Shown here: in pieces, positions 21,198 to 32,000 of the stretch
How the letters are laid out: the number at the start of each line of letters is the position of its first letter
How positions within the stretch are numbered: position 1 is the stretch's first letter
Source of the DNA: Zygophlyctis sp. KS116
Lineage: Eukaryota; Fungi; Chytridiomycota
Assembly (NCBI GenBank): GCA_054661495.1
Contig: BAAFSQ010000030.1
Location: 27,931 to 59,930, forward strand
Length of the DNA stretch: 32,000 nucleotides
Direction of reading: 5' to 3'
Translations under genes and position numbers: made by a program
The notes under the pieces: generated by a model
What the model was told of the DNA's origin: nothing
The model's input: the letters and a program-made list of their open reading frames with translations, nothing else
Databases searched by the model: none

Positions 21198-23526
21198 TCA
21201 ATTTTCAGTATCATAGTAATCTAAATCACTAAAAGTAACAGAATTCTTTAAGCTTCTCCTTTTCTTGGCTTTTGCTGCCATATCATTATTAGGGATCTGT
21301 TGTGTTGGGATTTTTCTGTCAAAATCTTCTTTTGTTAAAGTATCCTCTCTACTCTCTCGACGAGGAAGTCGGACAAATTCAGAGAGTGTACTAGAGCGCA
21401 ATGAAGATGTTTCCTCTGCTCCATATAGTCTAAATAATGAATCTTTCTTCTCGGATTCCAAGCCACTCTCGTACAGAGAATTTCTAGCACCATACAAGGA
21501 TTCATTTTCGTCTTTATAATCAGGAGAAATTGTAATATTTTGCTGGTTATTATAGTTGCGGTCCTCGGCAAATGTGAGGTCATTCAAGGGTATGTCAATG
21601 GATGTACGGGGATCAGATATATTCCTAATGCCGAAATTTGAATTCTTATCATCACCCTTATCATCTTCATTGCCAGTACTTGAAGATTTTCCCAGATTCA
21701 TATTTGGAGCTGCAGTATATCTGAAAAGCATGTATCCTATGATAGTGAAAAGTATTGACAGACCAGCATTGAGAAGTAAACAAACATAAATAGGAATGTT
21801 TCCTAAACCAAATCTACCTATTATATCCAGCTGTTCCTCTGTTGGGGATAAAGCAATGCCTGTAAACTCAAAGTCATATTTCATGCCAGGTAATTCACTG
21901 AGAGCTATTGATTTGGTACAATTCGCAATAATTGATAGAAATTGTATCCTAATATTAAAATAAATAAAACTACCAGTAAATTGCGGGAGTTAGAGTGGAT
22001 AAATTTACCAATATTCCACCAAGAAGAAACATTACAATCAAAATTGGGAAAGCTATCAATAAACCATTAATTCCATTTGATACTCCTGCTCCCACCATCA
22101 GCCCAAATGAGCAAGCTGCCTGAGATTGTAAAAGAAAGGAAAATATGAAAATTAGAAAAGCTTCAAGGTCACTTTTAGCCTTCAGTTTCATGAAGAATGG
22201 TAAGGGAGCTGATAGAATAAGAGAAGTTATCCAACATAGTGGCAATAATGATATCAACTTTGCCAAATAAGCCGCAGATGCTGAATATGAACCAGCAGCA
22301 CGCTCCCGTCGAATAACCTGCCGATGATAAGGAAATATTAGCACTGTTGGGAGGACATTCATAAAAGTATTATACATCCCCATAAAAACAAATCCTCCCA
22401 ATCTGTTCTGAATACCTTCTATAGCATTTTTAGAGAGATCCTTGTAGAAAAATGCAATCATAAACATCACAATTGTTGTTTGAACAATTGTAGAAATCAT
22501 CACAGTACGATCCCGAATCATATCCGTGAAATTTCTGCGAAACAATATTGAAAATGATTTAATCCATGATCTTGAATTTGGAACACTTGGTGAATCTCCA
22601 AATACAATTTGGGGCAAATTGTTGGGGCTTTGAATTACTTTCCATGCACTTTGAAAAATATCAATTCTTTTCATCGATTCTTTTTCAGACTCTGGCGAAT
22701 GCCGATCGATAGATGATATATCAAGAAAAAAATCTGCAGGATTAGTATGCGGTGGAAGGTGGTGCCCCAAATTCTGAAAATGAGTTAGTGCATCAGAAAC
22801 TCGGCCGCTAAATATTACTTTTCCTTCTGCCAAAATAATAATTAAATCAAAAATATTCAATAATTCATTTCGAGGCTGATGAACAGTCATTAATGTGATT
22901 CTCTTTTTTTCCAATCCGATGTCCTTTAATGTCCTTACAATATTGATTGCAGTAAATGCATCTAACCCAGAAGTAGGTTCATCTAAAAGAAACACTGCCG
23001 GATCAGAAATCATTTCAATTCCTATAGCTACTCTTTTCCTTTCTCCTCCAGAAATTCCTTTATTATCAGGATCTCCAATCCTAGTATTTTGACATTTACT
23101 TAAGCTTAATTGATTAATAATCAAATCAACTTTTGCAATTTTATCTGCACGAGACATTGCTGAAGGAAGCTTAAATTCAGCTGCATAAATCAATGTCTCT
23201 CTAACAGTTAAATGTCGATACATGACTTCATCTTGCTCTACAAAAGCACAAGCAGACTTCCAATCTTTTTTAATTCTCTCTTTACCATTAAACAGAACAT
23301 TCCCTTCTACAGCTCCTTTTCCGATCCTTCCAGATAGACAATTAAGAAATGTCGATTTTCCACATCCTGAAGCCCCAAAAATCCCAACGACTTGACCAGA
23401 GTAAACTATTCCTGAGCATTCAGACAGAATGACTTTGCTTCTGACTGAGAATCCAAGATTATCCCAGTATAATGATGATCTATTAGGATTATACAGTGAT
23501 GTAGACCGATCATTGTGTTTAACCAT
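21198..23526 (-). CDS. ABCG (White-type) half transporter
   Basis: Walker A GASGCGKST, signature ISGGERKRV, LDEPTSGLD and H-loop VHQP, followed by a transmembrane domain. One 25-nt intron near 21949-21973. The A-rich-context ATG at 23526 is preferred; an upstream in-frame ATG at 23580 is possible. Confidence 0.92.
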
Positions 23527-23696
23527 TTTTTTTTGTTTGAACGCCACCACTGCTTTCAGTTGATAATAACGCCGCATCATTGTAGACTTATAACCAATGC
23601 AACATTTGATTAGATCTGATCATTATTCTGCATTCATTAATATATACATACGAATTGAAATTAGGAAACTAAAGTCTGAACACTCCGCGAAATAAA

Positions 23697-24696
23697 ATGA
23701 CATTTTCCGTCTTAAAGACGATTCCAGATGCTCATGAAGATGCCATATGGTCTCTAACTTGGACCAATAAATCCAATAGAATACTTACTGGCTCCATAGA
23801 TGATACTGTGAAAATGTGGTCGGGAGAGTCTGCTGCTCACATGCGAACGCTTGATGGTCATAACTTGGGAGTGACGAGTGTTGTAAGTTCTTCCAATGGA
23901 TTATATGCTGCATCTGCAAGTTTAGATAGTCAGATTAGGATTTGGGATGTATTTCAACATTCTTTAATCAAATTCATTGATGCAGGACCCATGGAAGCTT
24001 GGGTAGGAAATTTGTAATAACTAAAGTAGACGCTATCATTCGCTCCGGATGGGAGATTAATAGCTTCAGGGACACATTCTGGAAATATTAATCTGTGGAA
24101 TGTTGAAAGTGGGGAATTGACTCATGTTTATGAAACTAAAGGCAGGTTTGCAATGTCTTGTGCTTTTGTATATTATTCTTTTTATTAACATATAGAGTCC
24201 AAACGGAGCTTATCTAGCATCAGGCGCAGAGAATGGCTCAATACATATATTTGATGTTGCATCGGGACGGCTTTTGCATACACTTCCTGGTACATGGTTA
24301 TAGATTAACTATTTAGGGCACGCTATGGCCGTTCGGTCTATTTGTTTTTCTCCAGACTCGCAGTATCTAGTTTCAGCTTCTGATGATCAAAAAATCCAAA
24401 TTTATGATATCCATCACTCAACTTCATTATGTACACTAACAGGTCACAATTCATGGGTTTTATCAGTTGCCTTTTCTCCTAATGAAACTCAATTTGCTTC
24501 ATCATCGAGTGATAGGCAAGTCAAAATTTGGGATTTCAAATCAAGGTAAAGTTACATAAAGCTTATTTTAAGGGCCTGTCTGAATTCATTTGAAGCGCAC
24601 ACAGGTCAAGTGTGGGGTGTTGCTTATAATGACGAAGGTACAAAGCTAGCTAGTGTGTCGGAAGATAAAAGTATGGTGATTTACTCATGCACTTAA
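23697..24696 (+). CDS. SKI8: WD40 protein Ski8/WDR61
   Basis: [33 protein letters not shown] and GHNSWVLSV motifs. Introns 24003-24029, 24168-24195, 24290-24316 and 24546-24572. Confidence 0.88.
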
Positions 24697-24721
24697 AAAA
24701 ATTCAAAATAAAGAAGCTATT

Positions 24722-26058
<1,337 letters not shown>

Positions 26059-26117
26059 CCTAGGCCTTCCCTGTGGCAATTTTACTTTACAGGGACAAGA
26101 CTTGCCCTAACAAAAGA

Positions 26118-26733
26118 ATGGCAAAAACCGTGTACGTAATAATATATTCTACTTGGGGACATACCAAGGCCATGGCTGATAAATTGTACAAGGACTTAAA
26201 AGTGAAGGAGTCAATGCGAAATTGTTTCAAGTCCCAGAGACTCTTCCCGAGGAAGTTTTGACTAAAATGCATGCCGTGAAAATGGACATTCCAATAATTA
26301 CTCCTGATGAATTAGTAAAGGTGCTAGGATTTTCTACACGTAACGGAATGGTAAATTCTAGATTTTTATTAACTGTGAATAGGCTCCTGCCCAAATGAAG
26401 GCATTCTGGGACTCTACTGGAACACTTTGGGCTAATCGATCTTTGGATGGAAAATACGCTGGAATGTTTTGTAGTACTGGCTCTCAACACGGTGGTCAAG
26501 AAACAGCAATATTGACATTCATGCCTGTTTTAGCTCATCATGGAATAATCTTTGTTCCTGCTGGATATAGTTCTAATCTTTATAGTGAAATTGAAGAAGT
26601 TATGGGAGGAGGTCCGTGGGGTTCTGCCACAATTTCAGCCTCTGATGGTTCTAGACTTCCTTCTCAAATAGAGAATGCTGCAGCTATAGCACATGGAACT
26701 TACTTTGCCAAGGCTATTAATAGAGTAAATTAG
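26118..26733 (+). pseudogene. WrbA/Pst2-type flavodoxin-like NAD(P)H:quinone oxidoreductase with a frameshift (pseudogene or assembly error)
   Basis: YSTWGHT, FQVPETL, PAQMKAFWDSTG, STGSQHGGQET and GGGPWG motifs. The frame breaks at about 26181-26185. Intron 26351-26382. Confidence 0.6.
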
Positions 26734-26749
26734 GGTTTATAATACCCTA
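26730..26749. promoter_or_regulatory. Inverted TAGGGT...ACCCTA element just upstream of DCP2
   Basis: TAGGGT (26731-26736), a 7-nt spacer TTATAAT, then ACCCTA (26744-26749), 18 nt before the DCP2 ATG. Confidence 0.5.
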
Positions 26750-26767
26750 CTAATAAATCTGTTGGGA

Positions 26768-27856
26768 ATGTCGTATGCTAATTTAACACTAGAAGAGATT
26801 CTGGATGACCTGCAAGCGTAATTAAATGTCTGCCTAATGTTTAGTCGCTTCATTCTAAATCTTCCTGAAGAAGAAGCACAGTCAATCGAACGAATTGGAT
26901 TTCAGATTGAACAAGCACATTGGTTTTATGAAGATTTTGTAAGAGAAGAGAATCCATCACTTCCTTCGCATTCTTTAAAAAGCTTTTCATTCTTGTTTTT
27001 TGCCTCTTGCCCAACTCTAAAGCAGTTTTATCCTAATAGGGAATTTGTCTATTCTGAATTTCTAAAATACAAGGTTCGTGTGCCAGTTTGTGGAGCAATT
27101 ATAGTTGATGAATCTTTAGGTAATGTTTTACTTGTCAGAGGATTTAAAAATGATGCAAGTTGGTCTTGGCCTAAAGGGAAAATCAATCAGGATGAATCTG
27201 AATCTGACTGTGCATTAAGAGAAGTGTATGAAGAAACAGGCTTTGATGGATCAGCATATCTCAAGCCTACAGAATATATAGAAAGAACTATCAAAGACAA
27301 AAGAATTAGACTTTATATTCTCTTGTATGTCCCAAAAAGTACTGTATTTCAGACTAGAACACGTAAAGAAATTGGTGCAATTGAATGGTTTCCACTATCT
27401 TCAGTTCCAGGATTTGGAAAAATTCAAGATCAAGAGAAAAAGCATAAATTCTATCTAGTTACTGCATTTATGCCCAGGTTAATTCAATTCTTGAAAAAGG
27501 AGAGTAAAATTTCTCAAAGGCCAGATAAAAACAAACTATTTTCTGGTTATAAGACAGATTACAAGACAGAGTCTGAATCAGAATATGTTCATGAAAAGAA
27601 TAACAAAATTTCAATCAAGAATATAGAATCCAAGAGAATAGCTTTATTAGCTGCATTAAAACCTCAAAAATTAATACCAGATGAATCTAAAAAGGCTAGG
27701 AAACCCAAACAAGTTAAAAAGGCTAGTGCTGTTGAGACTTTACCATCAAAAATATCTACTCCTCCTATACTTTTGAAACGTCAACCATTGGTCAAAACTA
27801 ATCCTCTTCTTAGTTTTAAATTTGATATTGATCGTATTTTACTCGCAATGTCTTAA
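26768..27856 (+). CDS. DCP2: mRNA decapping enzyme catalytic subunit
   Basis: LEEILDDLQA, intron 26818-26844, then RFILNLPEEE, FQIEQAHWFYEDF, YKVRVPVCGAI and Nudix box PKGKINQDE...CALREVYEETG. Confidence 0.95.
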
Positions 27857-27940
27857 TCTAATTCAGTAATAAAATTTTAATAATTTTAAAGTACTAGATT
27901 ACCCGATTCAAAGTCGGCAGCGCACGCAATCTCTGATTTA

Positions 27941-27971
27941 TTACACGTGGAAATTGCCACTTCACGTGTAA
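27941..27971. promoter_or_regulatory. Paired E-boxes (CACGTG) within a 9-bp inverted repeat
   Basis: TTACACGTG at 27941-27949 and CACGTGTAA at 27963-27971, 17 nt upstream of the ATG at 27989. Confidence 0.5.
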
Positions 27972-27988
27972 ATTAGCTGTATCTTGAA

Positions 27989-28903
27989 ATGACATTTGGA
28001 TCGTATTTTGGCTATTATTATGCCCCGCATTTCCAATACAAGGGTACCAATATATATATTAGGGGTCTACATCCCTCTACGAATGATGATGATCTCTTGA
28101 AAATTGTTGCAGAGTTTGGAAACATACTTTCGTCTAAAGCCATTGTTGATCTAAAGACTGGCGTTTGTAAAGGATACGGATTCGCAATGTATGAGAATGC
28201 TGCACAGGCGGAAATGGCAATGCAAGGACTTTTACTCAAAGGGTTTGTTGTTTCTCTTGCAGTTGCAACACCTCGTGATAATTCTGTAATTTCAACTTTA
28301 TTTATTATAGTACGATTTCAGTGGAGAATTGCAAGACTTGGCAGATTATTCCTCTACTAATGTATATGTTTCAAACTTACCACTGGAAATGGTTCATGAT
28401 GTACGAAGGTTTTATAATTCTTGAAACAATAATATTACGCCAAGTGATCTAACAATAGGATGATTTACGTCAACTGAGTTGTGATCCACTTGGGATTGAT
28501 TCATGCAAGATTTTGGTAGATAACAAGGGGAATAGTCGCGGAGTTGGTTTTGTCAGGTTTTATATTCTAATTTAATGCAAAGGTTTCATACCAGAGAAGC
28601 AGCAGAGCAAATGATCAACAATTTTCATGGGAAATTTTTAGCAGGATGTAAAGAAGCTCTTCAGGTTCGATTTGCTGATTCGGATGCTCAGAAGGCGTTC
28701 AAAGGGATGTATAAGCTTTATAAAAAATCAATGGTATTTAAATTATATCCAACATTTAGAGCATTTACAGTATGCAAACACAGTTTTTTTATCCTTCTCA
28801 GTTGTATTTTCCAAATTCTCTTTCTCTAGAATCTAATTGTGCATTGTCAGACTCAACACTCGTAGAAGAAGGGATGGATGAGATGGACGAGTTAACTGGT
28901 TGA
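27989..28903 (+). CDS. Two-RRM RNA-binding protein (RBMS/MSSP-like)
   Basis: TNIYIRGL, SKAIVD...CKGYGF, TNVYVSNLP, SRGVGFVRF and LQVRFADS motifs. Introns 28286-28310, 28401-28458, 28557-28582 and probably 28734-28759. Confidence 0.85.
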
Positions 28904-28923
28904 TAAAATGAATAAACTTTGTT

Positions 28924-31900
28924 TTAGTATGCAAGATTGCTTCTTAAAGGTAGCAGTTTATCTGCTTTTATAAACAGACCGTGAGATTCAGGGCATTCAA
29001 AGTAACGCACATTCTTGAATATGCCATTATGTTTCCCCACTAAAATTAGCTTTAAGACTCTTACATGGACGATCCAATGCTATTCCGCACCACATGTAAT
29101 CGTACGTATCAAAATTACCAAAATATTCTAAATACCCTGACTTTAGATTTTATAAAACACACCTAGACATCTCTGGTCGTTTAACAAAACACAAACTCGA
29201 TCTCCAATAGATAGTCCAGCTCTTTTAGTGTTTGGTGCTGTTTGAGGACGGCTTACTACTCTAACACTGGATTCATTACTTGAACTGGTGTGTTTTGAAA
29301 ACGAATCTTGTGCTGAATGAGGACGATCTTTCGATTAATATTTAGGATGATACCATTATACAATAAAGGTGGGTGCAACGCAAATGAGTCTGTTGCTCGG
29401 GAAGGAGTCATGATAAGGCCACTAGCAGATTTAATGAACGGCTGTCTTGCAAGTTGCGGGAAATACTTAGCCTAATGTAAGATTAATATATGGTACCTCT
29501 ATACTAGGATCTAACTGAGGGTTACGCTGATATTTAAGAAGTTTAATCCGATGCTTCAATAGACCAATTTGAATTTGGAAATTCTATGATATTAAAAAAG
29601 TATTTCAACCTTTTTCTGCTGAGATAATAATGTTCGTGATAGATCATTCCTAGGATGGTCCATCAAATGCTTTTTAGAAGTATGTTTCTAAAGTTAATAC
29701 ACCACATGTAATACCGTATCTTCATCATTCAGTGTTTTGTCTTTGACCAGGAAAGATTTACCAATATTACAATCATTTTTTTTGCTTATTTTTAGTTGGT
29801 CGCGCTTAACAGTTGTATTGGCTTCAGAAAATAAAACCCTCTGCTTTTTATTTCCTGCAGATTTCTCTTTGACGTTTCTAGAGTTATTTTCCGTAATTTC
29901 TGTTTGAATTTCCCCAACACTAGGATTATTATCATTTAAAGAGTTTTCTTTAAAATCTACATCATTTTGATTCTTAGAATATGAGTAGATCTCTTTGGGA
30001 TCGTCTTGGCAAGTGCTGTATCTCGAATTGATATCATTTAAATCGTTTTCTTCCAATTTCAGTTGTTCGTTGTTAATTAAAGAAACTGCAGGTGAAAAGC
30101 TTTCTTCAAAACTTTTTTTGAAATCAGCATCCTTTTGGATAGTTTCAAAATCATCTTTGTATTCATTTTTTTCTTGCAGTAGGTCGTTGGAGGAATCTTC
30201 TTCCAAATTTGCATTATTTGAATTCTGAACATCGCATTGAGGTGGGGAATCGCTGATTTCGTTTTGATTTTCTTGAGTCATTTTAGTAGTGTCTATATAA
30301 TTCGCAATATTTTTTACACTTTCATTCTTCGAAAAAGTTTTCAGTATGCTTTTTTTTTCTACTAAATCTGACGATTTGATAAGCGATAGTTTTTTTAGCT
30401 GCTTTTCTCTAATTTCCTTTCTGCTATCCAACTTCTCCTTTTTGGATCGTAAATCAGGCGATTTAATTTTCGCAAATTGTTCAATAATTGCGCTCCTGAT
30501 TTTTCCAATCTCATTGATTAGGTTCTTCTTCTCCTGAAGCTTGGGACTAGTTATAGATGCTGCTAATTGGTTAATTTTTTCCATCCTTTCAGTTCTATGT
30601 TGATCCATAGCAATTTTTCTCTTTTGGAGATCAGGCGAATATATCTTAACTCTAGTGTGACTCTCGAGATTATTAATCATTTCGGAATCATCAGAATAAT
30701 TTTTTACATTTGAAGCTGCAGATAAAATGGCACTTTCTAAATTGTTCAAAGATGTTTCTGCATTTGTTATTGCCTCGCTTCTAGATTCAAATACAGCAGC
30801 AGCCTTTCCTATATCATAATCTAGATTTTCATTCGGACTCGTTACTATTTTCAGATCATTTTCTGGATTTTCAGCTAGAATATCAGATAATTTTCCAAGA
30901 GACTTTTGGGCTTCTAGCAAAGCATATTTTACTGTATCTCTTATTATTTCATCATTATCATCGCCTGAGTCATCCGCACGTCGGGCATCTTGCAAAGCTT
31001 CAACAGCCTGGTTCAACGCTAAAATGCTTTCAGATTTATTTGAATTTAAATGAGCGTCGTTATATGAGGAATTCACGGGCTCTGATCTTACCCCATTTAT
31101 TTCATCCAAAAGAGCATTATGAGCAGTATCTACCGCTTCAGAAGCCACAGATAAAGCCAATTGACTTCTCAAGGAGTTTTCATTAATCTGATTATTATCC
31201 GCTGAGCTATTGACATTTTTTGAAACCTTTGCTGTAATTCCAATTTTTTGATTTTCTTTCTTCCTTTTAATCGAATCTTTTTTATTTTGAAGCTCAGGCG
31301 ATTTGATGAAAGAAATCTGTTTAATTTTGGCATTCCTATTTTCTTTTGATTCCTGCAATTTATTCTTTTTACTTTGTATTTCTGATGGAGTAATCATGGA
31401 CGCCTTTTTTATCTTTAATTCTCTAATGACTTTCTTATCTTCTAATTTTTTTTTCTTTTCTTGAAGTAGCGGAGTAGTTATATTACGGAAACCTTGTTTT
31501 TTTTGTGCCTTTGATTGAGATTTTAGCTCATCCCCATATTGGTTTGATTTCAATAAGGATCCATGGCTGGAAGTTTTCTTCTCTATATTCTTCGATACCA
31601 AATTCTGTACAGATCTGGAATGTGCCTTTGGCGATGATTTTGATAATGCGTCTCGGCTTAAGTTCCGTTCAGATCCATGCTGTAACTTTGGCGACGCTTT
31701 AGATAATGCGTCTCGGCTAGCCAAAGCAGAAGAATATCCATTCTCAATTGCATCGTTGGCAATTTGAAGAGCTAAGGCACTCTGATCTATTTTTTGATTC
31801 GAAATGCCTGATGATTCGAGAGCCAAATCTGAATAACTTTTCTTCTCCTCTGATACCAAATTCTGTACAGATCTGGATTGTGCCTTTGGCGATGATTTTG

Positions 31901-32000
31901 ATAATACGTCTCGGCTTAAGTTCCGTTCAGATCCATGCTGTAACTTTGGCGACGCTTTAGATAATGCGTCTCGGCTAGCCAAAGCAGAAGAATATCCATT
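28924..32000 (-). CDS. Large repeat-rich protein with a C-terminal CAP-Gly domain (5' end lies outside the window)
   Basis: Six introns of 25-27 nt link the 762-aa ORF to IGDRVCV...YFGNF...WCGIALDRPLGKHNGIFKNVRYFECPESHGLFI. Confidence 0.85.
31594..32000. repeat. Intragenic direct repeat with a 258-nt period
   Basis: 31594-31742 matches 31852-32000 with two mismatches (31620/31878 and 31648/31906). Confidence 0.92.

Overview
AT-rich, very compact eukaryotic nuclear DNA with 23 protein-coding loci in 32 kb. The proteins are fungal-like (Cdc10, Sdh5, Nde1, Ski8, Dcp2) and there is an axonemal gene (CFAP58), so the source is most likely a zoosporic fungus (chytrid-like; inference). The ORF track is fragmented because genes are split by about 65 GT-AG introns that I spliced by hand against conserved motifs. 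About 63 of them are only 23-32 nt, and two outliers are 58-59 nt. Intergenic spacers are often 10-60 nt, and the MED7 and RPL10 CDSs overlap by 9 nt. Main points of interest: (1) the ultra-short-intron system, with frequent AAG acceptors and two double-length, structured introns; (2) a candidate dicistron (PHB2 and a PPR-like gene, 10 nt apart); (3) a recurrent TAGGGT/ACCCTA promoter element, amplified six-fold upstream of RPL18; (4) a cytosolic-type aspartate aminotransferase with a consensus PTS2 between two in-frame ATGs; (5) a frameshifted WrbA-type gene; (6) a large repeat-rich CAP-Gly protein. No rRNA, tRNA, CRISPR array or transposon was recognised. All counts are manual and all family calls come from motif recognition, not database searches.
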